A DNA stretch of 64,000 bases from Balanoglossus misakiensis (lineage: Eukaryota; Animalia; Hemichordata), in contig CM082579.2 in NCBI GenBank assembly GCA_040954595.2, positions 10,033,625 through 10,097,624 on the forward strand, read 5' to 3'. How positions within the stretch are numbered: position 1 is the first letter of the stretch; the number at the start of each line of letters is the position of its first letter. The notes under the pieces were generated by a model that was given only the letters and a program-made list of their open reading frames with translations, was not told the DNA's origin and ran no database searches. This document shows positions 41,101 to 56,100 of this stretch, in pieces. Position numbers and translations under genes: made by a program.

Positions 41101-44100
41101 TTGGCATGGGGACGGACTGCAAGCCTGGAAAGGTTGGTCACAGTTTTTACCGGTCCAACCAGGTCGGCAATTGCACGTATAGTCGCCGATGCCGTCATCA
41201 CAGCTGTATGCATTGATGCAGGGAAAACTGATGCACTCGTTAATGTTAAACTGACAGACGGGACCAGCGAAACCAAGTGCACATGAACATGTGTAGCCTC
41301 CAATCACACTCTGGCAAACACCTGCATTAAGACAAGGTCCACTGGTGCAATAGTCGACAGCAGTTTCACACTTAATGCCAGTAAAGTCTTCTGAGCACAC
41401 ACACGTGTAGCTGTTTATACCATCTTTGCATGTCCCACCATTAACACATGCTCTGCAAGTTTTATGCCAAAAAAGGAAAGGATAATGTAATGAACAAAGT
41501 TGTAATTCATAAAAAACATCATACTTTATTTTTCATTGATGTATTCATCCAGTCATTCAATCATCCATGAATGAATTACATGTAAGTAGAAGTAAGTAAG
41601 TAAGTAAGTAAGTTTCTAAGTAAGTAAGTAAGTAATAAGTAAGTAATCCATTCTTTCATTCATTCATACCATTCATGAAAAACATATTGTCGAGATCACA
41701 TCTCCAAGAAAAGCAACATCAAATGTAATATGAAATGAGTATAATGTGGAAATTATTGCTGATTATTTTGCTCTGATTAATGTCATATAATGATGGACAT
41801 AAAAGACTTACGTTTCGTTGCAATCATCGATGTTCACTTCACACCTGATTCCTTCAAATCCATCACTGCATTCACAGGTGAACTCATTAATTCCATCCAC
41901 GCAATATCCACCATTGAGGCACGGTTGAGATAGACATTCATCTGTGTTGACCCCACAATCAAAGCCTGTAGTAACGAAGAACAAAATAAATACATGTAGT
42001 GTATTTGTGTAGTAAATATTCCATTCTCGTAAAGGTTAAAGAGTTCATGAGATGTCCGAGGTCTTAACCGTCCTTAGATACAGTCCTACACATACGCTCA
42101 TAATCGACTGCATTTTGTGGGCCGAACGTGAGACATGGGTACAGTCGCCTGCCCACAATCCTTGCATACCGCTATCAAAACGATTCAACATGTTGCGGAA
42201 GAACTTGGCAGAGTTGATCCTAAATTTAAGCCAAATGCCTGAAATTTCTGTGTGGGCTCACCTTTGTAACCTGGCAGACAAGAACATGAATAACTTCCGT
42301 CTGTCAAACTTTCACAAGTACCATTATTTGCACACGGCAGCTGGTCACATGGATCAGTCACATCTTGGCAGTTTACACCAGTGAATCCTTCTTTGCAACG
42401 ACAAGAGTATCCGTTGATTTGATCTTCACAGGTCGAACCATCACCGCAAGGATTAGATGAACATTCGTCTGTGTCTTCCTCACAATCAAAACCTACGAAT
42501 CATTTTTGAGTAAACATTGATTTCTTCTGGTAATGTTTGAATAACATTTAGAAGTAAATTTCATGGCATGGTGACCGAAATATTTACCATTCAAAGGTTT
42601 ACAACCTCTAACAAGTGACACAAAGAAACCACAATGGCACATAACATGTGCCTTGATGTCTAAAATATTAATGGTTTACGTAAGCTAATATAATTCATAC
42701 ACTTCATTCGTGTTGGAATTGTGAATAAGCATTTCCGTAAATTGTGAGCATTTCCTTCTTCATAATCATGAACTCAGGTGTGTTATACATGATTAAACAG
42801 TCCCAGATGTACCTAATTACCACCATAGTGGTTACGCACCTTGAAATCCCGATGGACATATACAGTGGTAAGAAGCAATGCCATCGATACAGGAACCTCC
42901 ATTTGAGCAAGGATTTGATGCACACTCATTGAAATCCGTTTCACAATATTGGCCCACATAACCATCGGGGCAGACACACTCAATACCGCCATTCAAGATG
43001 ATAAAAGTGCCGCCATTTTCACAGGGATTGTCCACCTCATCAAAGTCACTCTCGCAGAAGGTACCGGTCTTGCCCAGTGGACAAAGGCATGACACCGTGT
43101 TGCCTAAATCATAACACGTGGCATTGTTGAAGCAGGGTGTAGACGAACACAGATCAATTTTACTGTCACATGTAGTTCCTGTGTAGCCTTGTGTACAATA
43201 ACACGTAAATGAGTTGATACCATCAATGCAACTGCCCTGGTTTTTGCATGGCTGATTTCTACAGTCGTCAATGTCAACCTGGCAGTTTGTTCCGGTGAAG
43301 CCACTCAGACATGTGCACGCATAGCCATCCGTCTGGTCGATGCAAGATGCGCCATTGACACATGGACCGGACTGACAGAAATCCACTTCATTTTCACAGA
43401 TGTCGCCATAATAGTTGGAGGAGCAGTGGCACATGTAGCTGTTAACATCATCTTCGCAAATTCCACCATTCAGACAAGGCGATGAAACACACTCGTTGAT
43501 ATTGATACTGCAATCATCACCTAAACCAAAAATAAGCAGTCTTTTCGTCAATAGCTTGTTAGTACTGGTATACTATATACACAAAGTGTCTTCTGTTGGT
43601 CAATGTGTCAGTCAATCGTTATTTGTGGACGCTTTGTCCAAAACGTAAAGGCGTCTAGCGTCTAAAGTACTCTCTAATATAAAGTTCAATAACCTTACCA
43701 CTAAATCCAGGTTGACATTCACAAGTGAAATTTGCAACACCGTCATGGCATGTACCATTGTTGAGGCAGGGGTGCGACTCGCATTCATCAATGTTTATTT
43801 CACAGTTAATTCCATTATATCCGGCTGGGCATGAGCAGAGGTAACTGTCAATCAAATCCTGGCAGGTGCCTCCATTGATGCAAGGAGAACTCTGACACTC
43901 GTTGATCGCTGGTAAAAGGAGAAAAAACATCATTCAAAATGATGGTCCTGATAGGTATATTCATAAACAGTGCTAGTCAGTAATCCAAATGAAAGCATCT
44001 AAACAGATGTTCATATAATTTACCACTTTTAAAAGAGATCATTAATATTAGAAAGAGCATGGCAGCCAACCATTATTGTACATATGAATGTTTCGCCTCA

Positions 44101-47100
44101 AGCATAGGAAGGGGCCCCGGACAGAAGAAAAATTGAACCGCAAAATGGATTTACTGAATGTGAAATGAATGGAGCGATTCACACTAAATAAACTAGTATT
44201 ACTGCATATATACGGCAACAATTTATGGAGAGGCCAATATATCACACCAAAGGAAAAATTGAACAGTTAGTGTGCATGATTAAAACGAAATGCACTGTTT
44301 AGTGCTTTTATGTATAAGCCCAAGCAACCAGAGAAACCTTCCTTATGTTAACGATAGTGTCTTTTCCGAGCGTGACTGTACAGTTTCCATAGATCTCACT
44401 GACAAACAACTCAATTCAAGAGATTTAGTATCCAAGGTTAAGAATTCACGTTCCTTCGATTCTTTTCACAGAGGGGAATTCAGTGTTTAAACCTCAAAAC
44501 AGTCATACATGACATTAACAGAACATATTTACTAGTACCCACCAAAACAATCGTCAATAGATGTACTTCCTTCACCGATGGTTGTGTTTGATCCTCCACA
44601 GAGGACGCACTGGCGTTGCCCAGTTTGGGGTTGATAGTATCTCCGAGGACAAAGTAAGCACGGCTCTAGTCCATCAGCAGAATAACTGCCTGTCGGGCAA
44701 CGCTCTGTAGAACATTAGTAAAAAGAATAAAGCATGTGAAAAAAAGATACATGATCAAATACAATGATGTCTCAACTTGCTGTGTCAAATTTACGAATAA
44801 GACTCATGAATGTAAAACAAATCATGCTATGTATACAAGTGTAAATAAAATGTCTTCGTCTGTGCCCCCTCCGCCACTCCAAAATATCTGACAATAATGT
44901 TCTCAGTGAGAAAAACTGAGCGCCTCTTCGTATCTGACACAGTGAATATGAAACTCGGCCATAAAGCGGACAATCAATACTCTGAGAAATGGATATACAT
45001 TGTACATGCAAGGTTGCCGCCATACCTCGACATTCCAAAGAGGAGTTTTTCCCTTGACCATCTGTGGTTGTGTTATCAGGACACGCCACGCACGATGTCT
45101 GCCCTTCTTCTGACTGGTAAAATCCAATGGGACATGTCTGGCAAACCTCAACCCCGGTAGTTGAGAAGGAACCCGGCAAGCATTGCGCTGGAACAACATA
45201 TTTCGGACACAGTCAAGCAAATTTGCAACATTTGCTCTCCCCTCTTATAAACACATTGTAACTATAGTGTTACTATTACATGTGAATTGCACAGGGACTG
45301 TAACGAAGTGGCCACTACATAGAGGTGACCGCTATATAGGGGTGGCCAATTACAGGCGTTGACTGTAGTATGAAAGCCTAATGTTGAGAGCCTGATGATT
45401 TGTATTCCATATCCAACCATGCATTGTGATATGGATCATCTTTGAAAAGTAAGTGGCTTACATTTATATATGAAATCAAATCACACGTCTCGCAACAGAG
45501 TCACTGTTATCGTGGAATAACACACATACATTATTTAAATAATGCTGTCACTTACGTATACAATCGGTACTGTTGACGGTTCCTTCTTTAACAGTCGATG
45601 TACCAACAGGGCACTCTATACACTCCAGCTGTGCTTGTTCGTCTTGATAGTAACCCTTCTCACACAACACGCAACTTTTAGTTTCATTAACGAAAAATTG
45701 TCCAGTCGTACAGGCAACTACGGGTTTGACAAGAGTGCATTGTTTCAGTGTTATTTTATATCGGTTGTTGTTTGTAAATTATCCATTATTCTTTGCAGTA
45801 CAATCCCATTAACAGTTTAAAAAATTATACTATCAACTCGACTATTTTGTTCGAAAAGTTAAAAGTTGTATAACAAAGTTTTGAGAAGTAGGTAGTAATC
45901 GTATGTCATTGTGAAAGCCATAACGTTATAACGCTTACCACAAACGTAGTCAAGATTGTTTGGGATAAAGCCATCATCGCAGTTTATTTCGGCATAACCT
46001 GTATAGAGGGAGTCTGGTACAATTTCAAACTGACTGTCGCCAACCGCTGGTAACTGAAACCCTCCCGTGTCGATGCTTGCTTGCACGATGTCCAGCATAT
46101 CCAGCATTGCATACTCGGCATCCAGCACGTTATCAAAACTGGATGGGTGAGATTGGTGCACCGTTCTTTCGAACTGGAAATCAATACGAAGTTCATATTG
46201 CCAGGTGCTCCTTTTTTCAACGTCGTGGTCTTCACTCGTCAGTGATTTTGCATTTTTCCATCGTGTGGCAACAGTGTCACGTTTTCGTCTTGCGCATGAA
46301 GTACAATCACCACATGTTACTTCGACATTGCCAACTGTGCAACGATCGGCTTCATCACAAACACTTCCGAAGTCAGAGTCTCGAAGTAAGTCTAAGAATG
46401 TGTTTTCTATGTATTCAGTTGCATTCGGACAGGCGTTTGTGTAGTAGAATAGTTCAGGTCTTATATAAGCCCTCCGCGAGTTTCTGAGTTCTATAAATTA
46501 AACGGAAATGGGTTATGTATTTGCACCAAATGTGAAATCAAAAGTTGAAATGGCGTTCATGTAGTAAATGAATCACTTGATGTTTGATTTTGAACCGTTT
46601 TTTAAACGTTCTGAAAATGTTCATATTGTTTTCTCTTTGACTAAACTTAAGTAAGTAAACATGGAAGTTCTTACGAGAAATTTATCAGTCTATATCCACT
46701 TCTGTCCCTGTTCAGAAGCCGTTATGAATATCATGATAAATTTATAGACTTAAAGCATTAACAAAGGGTTTTCCAAAAGCTATACTGAAGTGATATATTC
46801 CCACCTGAGCAATCTGGAACATAATCATAAAGCCAGTTTCCTGACGAGCCACAAACATACTGATCTGGTACATTTGGTGCATTTGCATCACGAAGAATAC
46901 TGTACTCGCTGTTACAGAATAAGGTGCAGAATGATGTTCCTGTCGGGAGAACGTCACAAGCTAGTCCGCCATTTGTTGGTGGCCTCAGTGCTGGACAAGT
47001 TAGTGCTGGATTCAGAAATGGAATATGATAACATCGTTAATCAAAGGCACACGCATTATAATATGGTCACTATAGTTGAAGTAAAGACAAGATGTATCGT

Positions 47101-50100
47101 CATTATTATAACAATACGGAAAAATTTGCACATGCTTACCTTCTAGTGTAATGTAGAATGTGCACGATACAGTCTTGCCGTTCTGTGTTTTGGTTGCAAT
47201 ATAATGAATGGTATGTGTTTGAATTGTTAGCTTGGCTTCGGTTGCTCCACCGAAAGGCTTGATTATCTGCAGTGGTCCACCACGAGGATCTTGAAAGATT
47301 GGTTCAGTCCAGGAGACCAATGTCTCCCGAGTTGTGGTTGTTTGTGTCTTGTTAGGAGGGCAATATACCACAATTGGTTCCAGTTGGTCTGGTGATATCA
47401 ATTTTAGAAGAGGATTTAGAGACAGTGACAAAATGGAGACTACAAGTTGACAAAGGTTAGACAAATATAGGGGAGGTCAGGGTTAAAGACAAATGACACG
47501 ACTAAGAAGGCAACGATAGAAAAACAGGACATATTTATCTTACATTGAAGCACATAATGCGAGCTTCGTAGGCTGTTTAGAAGACAAAACATACTATGAG
47601 ATCCACAGATGTGTACAATATGAAAGACAGATAGACTTAGGAATATAAATAGATGTAGGAACACATGCAAGGCGTACGAGGAAGATAAATGTCAAGATAC
47701 AAAAGGGGTGGGTGAAGTAGATCAAATACGATTAAAATTAAGTGAAAATTAATAAACTCTTTTGCTTACCTCTGACGTAAATCACAAATGCACAATCCGC
47801 ACAGTTCTGTACCTGGTCACAAAATCTGTACACAACTGAAGTGTCGTTTGTCACGACGTATGGCGATGTAATGTTCGTGGGAATCTTTGAGACTGTAGGC
47901 ATCATTCCGTCGTTGTCTGTTGCTGTTGGCTGTGTGAAAGTGACCTCTACTCCAGAAACGTCCTCAAGAGTGGCATGGATTGGTGCAGGACACGCGTTTA
48001 TCGTCGGAGCAACCCTATCTATAAGTATAACAACACTAACTTCAGCCCATTATCTTCAGTTTATACAAATGTTCTGTGTATTTGTCTGTGTCAAAGATAC
48101 GGAGGGATCATTTCACGATGATATTATTTGAAAATGACAATGTCACTCCAGATTAGAGACATGCAGAGAGCTTGCCGATTACGTGATGACTACTGGCAAT
48201 GACATTAACGTCGAAAAATATTTAAGCACCGCCAGATAGATAACCATATATTTAAAAGCATACGTTGTCACCAGCTGCAATAATATTTCTTGTTCTAACT
48301 CAATAAGTGTAGTGTTGGGTTGTCAACTGAGGTCTCAATTCCGCGTGTTCGATTCGGCAAAAAGTGACAGTTCATTAAAATGAAAATTCGCAGTTTTTTT
48401 ACAAAAAGTTTTAAAGATTATATGAAAACATTGTAAGCATATGGTACTTTACTTTGACTACATTTGAGTGTATGATAATCGTCATCCCTACCTGTACATG
48501 AGATGTTGTCCATTTCAATCATACGGTCCCACGTGCCAGTGTCTTGACATGTCACCGCTGACGTGTTGTTACCAATCAAAGTGAAGCCGTTTGAACAGGA
48601 AAAGGCACACACTGTCCCACGTGGGACACCATATGGTCTACTGCAGCCAAGTGGAGAAATCTCAACCTTGTTTGACACTGTCAAAGGTTCACATTGCATT
48701 ACTGTAATAGGAAAGAGACAGTGGCGTTAGTATAATTTTTATCTATGTGATTCACTGACATGGATATAAGGCCTCACAGTGCTTTCAGCATGCAGTATTC
48801 TGCTAATATCCTATGAACCCATCGGATTTAGACACTATAAAAAGACAATGCAGCCTCTTGCCTAATATCACTACTTCAAGTTAATATGTGCATAAATTAT
48901 CAGAAAATGATTTAACGAATGAAAAAAATGGAAATATTTTCATATTATAAATGCTGTACTTATCAACATTAAAAGTTATCAGAACTGGTAAGTTTAAGAA
49001 ATGAGAAGGTTAAGCTACATGAAGGACAATGCTTTTACTAACCTTCACAAGTAGGTTGCTGTACAGTGTACCAGTACATGTTATTTCCATTGTATTCACA
49101 TGTAAAATTGTTTGATCCGAGCAGACGATAACCACTCTGGCACCTTACACTACAAGTACTTCCATAGCTTGTATCACATGTCTCCACTGTCTCACCGTAT
49201 GCTGGTACTGGCAATGACTGACACCGGCGCACTGAAATCAGAAAATAGATAGAAGTAAACAGGAATGAACCATGCATGGAGCTTTCTTCCATATATCTCT
49301 CTCAGAAGTCTTATAACTGTACCACTTGAACTTTTTAACATGAAAGATGAACAAGAAAATAAGTCAGATAGCTTGTGATGCTGGTAACAACAGAAATTTA
49401 ATCGCACATTTCTTGTTGAAAATAAGAGTTTGTACCAAAGACCTATATTTAATGCAAAGATCTTTCTATGCATGTTATGTCAAATCAAGTTTGTATACAT
49501 GCACATGACCGTGCATTTGGGAAGCAAAATAGGAAGAAGGCCAAGAAATGAAACAAACCTGCTGGAAGATAGTCAGAATGTAATGGCCCTTAAACTCATG
49601 TTTTTATATAACATGTATATTTAGTATTATTATTAGATTTTTGCATAGTCAAACAACATGTCTCATTCAAATGTAATCTTCATGAGACACACCCTGAAAC
49701 CAAATTCATCTTATGTAAATTGTTCTTACCAATGACAGAAACCATGAAAGTGCAGGTGTTTTCGTTCTGTGACTGATCCGTGGCAATGCATGTGATGGAG
49801 TGACCACCTGATGTCATGACAGAACCAGAGAGAATGCTACACGAAATTGTCGGCACTTCCCCATCATTGTCTTCCGCTGTCACATTCCAATTTACCACAG
49901 TTCCATTTGAGGCCCTATCTGCATACACAGTTATGTCATCCGGACAGTTTGTGAAAATTGGGTCTTCCTTGTCTGTGAGGAGAAAACAGAAAAATATGGA
50001 GTGTTGTTCGCTCAGTCCTGGTATAGGAGATCCATAACACAATAATGCCTACACCAAAACATTACATCATAGAAATTTCACAGAGTTGATGCTTACCTAC

Positions 50101-53100
50101 ACACGTAGCATTAGAATAATCACTGGACCATTGACCACTGGCCAGACAAGTGATGATATCAATTCCAAATGGTTCCAGTGTGTAGCCAGATTGACTACAC
50201 GAAGATGTGCATGTGTCACCATATGTAGGGCTGCTTGTACACGTTGAAGGCGAAACAGTGATTCCATCTATTGATGGCAATGCTGAGCATTCCACAACTA
50301 CAAGAGACAAGTTGATAAATAAGACAGTGTTTTTATTAGCAGGTTGTCAAACACAAACACAAATCATCACCAAAATCATGATCTCCTCCACTGCCACAAC
50401 CACCATCATCACCACCCCATTCACCATCATTATCGTCAGTAACAACAACACACCATCATCATCATACACGAACAGAAACACAGACACTGTTTGGTCAGAC
50501 TATTATCTTTTAACATATTTCTAATATATCTGTATTTTACCTGCGCAAGTAAAATTATTGGATGACCATTTCCCGTCGGCCTGACAACGACTTTGAGATT
50601 CTCCAGAAGCTTGGTATCCATGGTTACAGTACATGGTACAGATAGTACCGTAGTTTTCTTGAGATGGTGGTTCATTCAGGCATCCAGACTTTACACCGTT
50701 TATTGGTGTACCTAAAGCTTCACAAGTGACGACTAGAAGTCGTGAAGTGGGAATCAAATGTAAACGTTACATAATGAATGATTTAATCCAGAAGCTTTAG
50801 AAACATTGCATTCTAACCTGTTACCTTTCTGATAATAAATGTTTCCATAAACTTTCTTCTAGGCTTTTAAAATAATCAATTTCACAGTCCAGTAACACTT
50901 CACAAGATAACATATACTTTGCATATATATTTCAAAGTAACGCTTCAATACATAAATAACTGCATACAATGCGATGACGCAAACGTTTAGAACTCATTAG
51001 TGAATAAATACATACGGATTGGACTTGCTTACCCAAAGTAAACAAGTCACATATTTATCAAGGCTGAATTAAACTCGAAGGACATACTCACTTTCACACG
51101 TGGCAGGCGCTCCATCCCAATACGTTTGTTCTGTCGTGTCATTTCTCGAACACGTTCTTCGTGATGAGCCTATAAGATTGTATCCCTCACGGCAAGAAAA
51201 TGAACAGTTCTGACCTAAGGCTCTATCACTGCACAGTAATTGTCCACCAGTTGGGGCTTGCAAAACAGGACATCGGTGTACTGTTGACAATTAAACGGTT
51301 GACATTGTATTTACTGTTCATTGATAAGTTCATTCGAAAGTGATCAAACACACGTCACCCATATCATGTGCACTCACTGTAGCTAATTCAGTTCAACTAA
51401 TGAATGAAACGTTACCCCGAAACTGATAACTCAAAAATACGTGATTTTTTTCTATTATGTAAATTATCACGAAAAATCGATTTCAATCGACGTTATATCA
51501 GCAACACCATGATCTGTCAGATTTACCTTCCACTGTGACGATGATGTTACACTGGGCAAAGTTACCAGTGGCATCTGTGGCTATGTATGTTACCGTTGTC
51601 TGACCTTCTCCAAATACATCACCTGGACCCTTGTGGCCCACTTGTCTGCAAAGAAAACAAGTGTATCCAAAGTTGTCAACAGAGTATATCCAGGTTTAGT
51701 CCGAATGTTCAGCAGACTTCTGTGAACACTGTGCATGTGTCGTGTGGTGTATGTCGTTTGCCATAGATAGCTGTTATTCGAAAAATTCTTCAAAATGTTA
51801 TATAAATACACATGGACATGAAGCACTTAAGTAGCGCTACGTCACAACACTTACCGACGAACAGTTACACTGCCAGAATTGTCTGTAGCCGTTGGTTCAC
51901 CAAATACGACTGAAGCTGACGTCGTGCCTAAGTCTGCCTCTGTGGTTACATACGCAGGACATGTTGTATTGAATGATGGCGATTCGACATCTGCAAAGAT
52001 CCAGTATGGCGGTAAATAAGACAATAATGTATAACCCCATATACAGTGACTTATTAATGGTTTTAGATCGAATCAATGCTATTTCTTTCGCGACTTGTAT
52101 TTTTAGTCTTGGCTGCATTTTAAGACACTTACATCTACATTGGTTGAAGTAAGATTATCGCTGAGTAATATTTAATTAACGAAAGGGGCATTTTACCTGT
52201 ACAGAGCGTATCGGTTTGATCGTGCCATACTCCTGTTTCTGTGCAGTGTCTGTTAAATGCCCCGGATTGTTCAAAGCCTGAGTTACACGTCAAGTAACAT
52301 AATGTGTCGTAAGGTATCGCCGTCAGATTACACCCAACTGGACTAACTTCACCATTTCCAAGAGTAAGTGGGCCAGGGCAAGTCACAGCAACTGGAAAAG
52401 TGTCAAAGAATTGGAAAATATGATTTAAATAAACTATGTTGGCGTACAAAGGCCCAAACTATAGTTTATCTGGACGGATCAATACCATTCATCGCAGTTG
52501 CATGTTCGAATGAAAAACTATTATTATCGAAGTTTTATAAACGAACGTATAGCCACTGCTTGAGTCTCCGTCTTCGTGGGGGCTATTTCAGATCGCTTTT
52601 TGAAACATTTGTGTAGTTCAAACTGTGGTAATAATAGCATTTCCCGATACACAAACTAACTGCTATTTGTATCATTAGATACAAATGTGTGTGATCTTGA
52701 TGTTTGCGTACAAATGTCTTGTTGGAAAAGGCAGGTGGTACTTACCAGAGCAATTGAAGTCACCGAATGTTTCGTCAGCTTGGCATGGCCTTGTCGAATA
52801 AATGTCACCATTTGGAGTTGCAAATCCCAGATTACATTTGAATTGACAAGGAGTTGAATATTCAACTTCGATGTCACAACCAACAATGTAACCATTGGTA
52901 ACACTTGGCAGTACACACGTGACCGCTGAGAAAAAAAATACAAAATGTGTGTCATTATAAGACGAAATCATTTCTCAATGGAATTGAATTAAATTTGAAA
53001 GATTAATGTCAAATAATAAAACAATACAACTGTACTTGTAATATCACTTTGTCCGATACAAGGTTTTTCATAAAGCGTTCAGTGTAAGCCATTGAACTTG

Positions 53101-56100
53101 ACTGAGTGAAGGTGGACTCTTGGTACAGACATAGAGGCAAATTTGCAGTCTTCATGGTTATATTCAATCAACTAAAGAGAATGAACTGTATATTTTCGAA
53201 ACCTTAATAATGTTTTACAACTACGTGATGGCAACTATTGTATGGTATTTATTCTGCAACTTCATCATCATATACAAGCAAACAACTTTAAAACAAGCCA
53301 AATCTTGGCAACTATTGTATGGTATTTATTCTGCAACTTCATCATCATATACAAGCAAACAACTTTAAAACAAGCCAAATCTTCCAGTTACTTACGGATG
53401 CATTCTGGCATCGTTCCAATCCACGAACCAACTAATGTCGTGTTACTGTCACGTGTGCACGACATAGTTGATTGGTTGCTGGAAAGATAATGTCCCACAT
53501 CACACTTGGCTTCGCACTGTGTTCCATACGCAACACTGCTATCACAAGAGCCATGACCACTGGATAACTCCAAATATCCGTTTGATGGGGGTACTAAACC
53601 ATTACATTTGGTTACTGTTAAACAAATCAAATGTAAATTTTGCGATCAAAATCAAGATATGAAGAATATCCAAAGCAAGAGGTTATTGAAAACGTAATTT
53701 TATGGGTACTATATTGTATTGGCGTATTTTTGTTTTTCACAAACGGGGATTGATTTCACAAAGACATCTGTATTGTGCCAATCTGTCAGCCTGTCCATCT
53801 GACCGCCCGTTTGTTTACATGCATGTCAGTCTGTATGTTAACACAATATCCCGGGAATGGCTGAACGGATACTGAACAGATTTCGGGCAAAATTCGAGAC
53901 AAAGGTACTGACTATAGTTTAAACTGACTCCCACTGAATATGCGAATAATACACCCTTTGTCTGTAAAATCACCTAAGGATTTGCTGGTGCACAGTCTAC
54001 ACTGCATACTAATATCTAGGTGAACTCACACAACATCCAAAACCACAATTCTTGAAGTGCTCTCCTGTAAGCGATACGAAGCTGTACTCACCACGAACCG
54101 TAATTCGGAAGCTGCACATTGTAGAAAGACCAACACCATCCTGGGCTTCGTATGTCAACGTGTGGGTACCCTCTGAAAATTGTGATGGTTTACTACCGTT
54201 AAGTGGCACACCATTTATTTGGACAATCTCTGCAGGAAACTGTGCACCAGCGTCGGTGGCCTGAGGTTAAAAACACACAATCCAATGAACCCTTAGAATA
54301 CATATCACCAGTGTAATGACATCAGGTCTTCGGCATGTCTAAGAACATGACAAACAAGTCTGCTAAACTAATACTTGCATGGATGTTCAAATGGCGATCA
54401 AACCCATATAGGCCTGATGTGAATCTTACCATAACAGGTTCCCAGTCAGCCCATGGTTGAATTAGGGTTATCTGCCCAAAACTTGCGATGTAAGACCTAT
54501 CACCAGGACACGTTAGCTCTGGTGGTGTAATATCTAGCGAAAAAAAGGTAAATTACTGGTCAAGACAGCATCACAACAAGGAAGGTATCAAATTCTATAT
54601 GTACGGTGTTATTGATACGTGGACATTTTTGATAAGTTGTTTATGCATTATTGTTGCATTCCCTGATTTTAAGTTGTCTGAATTGTTCCTTAAATTGTGA
54701 TTTAGCTATAACCTCCTGATACTTTCGTTGCCATACCTGAACACACCAATGGAGAGCCATCCCACTGTCCAGACGCTAGGCATGATCGACTGTATGTACC
54801 GTTTCCTGTGTAGCCTATGTTACACTCTGTTATGCAGACACTCTCAAATTTCTGTCTTTCTTCGATATCAACGCTCTGTCCTTCATGAGTGCAGTTCATA
54901 ACTTCACCATGCAGTGGGACTGGAAGAGACTCGCATTTCACAACTGCAATGTTTCGAACAAACAGAAACAAACATATAGGTCATCAGCCATTGTATGTAT
55001 GTATGTATGTATGTATGTATGTATGTATGTATGTATGTATGTATGTATGTATGTATGTATGTATGTATGTATGTATGTATGTATGTATGTATGTATGTAT
55101 GTATGTATGTATGTATGTATGTATGTATGTATGTATGTATGTATGTATGTATGTATGTATGTATGTATGTATGTATGTATGTATGTATGTATGTATGTAT
55201 GTATGTATGTATGTATGTATGTATGTATGTATGTATGTATGTATGTATGTATGTATGTATGTATGTATGTATGTATGTATGTATGTATGTATGTATGTAT
55301 GTATGTATGTATGTATGTATGTATGTATGTATGTATGTATGTATGTATGTATGTATGTATGTATGTATGTATGTATGTATGTATGTATGTATGTATGTAT
55401 GTATGTATGTATGTATGTATGTATGTATGTATGTACATGTATGTATGTATGTATGTATGTATGTATGTATGTATGTATGTATGTATGTATGTATGTATGT
55501 ATGTATGTATGTATGTATGTATGTATGTATGTATGTTGTGAAGTCAAAGTTTTTATTAACATAGAGAACTATTTGCAAACAAACTTTTCTGACAACAAAG
55601 TGCAAGTCATAAGAATATTCAACAAATGTTCTTACTGTCACATGTTATTGTTCCATTGTCCCAGATACCAATACCATCGCCATTATCAGTACACGTCCTT
55701 AGCGTTGGTGTGTTTGGTAAGTAGCCATAGTTACAGGAAAGTTGACAAGTGTCCCCGTAGATCTTGGTGCCAATACAGCTGTTCACACCATTGGCTGGGG
55801 CGGGCAGATTATCGCTCTCACAAGTTATATCTATAGAGGCACAATAATTTTACAGTTGGAAACTGAAAGTCCGAATGTGATCTAGACATGCTAGCCAGTT
55901 GGTAGATTGTTAATACATGGCTCCTACCCTTTGTTAGCCCTTTGTTTCCAATAAACAGTTCCTTGTACAGACAAAAGGTACACTGTTTTTCTATGGAAAG
56001 ACCCAAGTCACGAAATATGTGTGTATAAGTGATGTACTTACCTTTACAGGTTGGTAGTGAAGGCAGCCACTCAGTATCTGGTCCACAGGAAACAGAACTT

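Noticed and set aside
54885-55836. Long MYVC/HTYI ORFs, also at 10471-10685 and 20580-21079
   Set aside because: These are translations of microsatellites inside introns.
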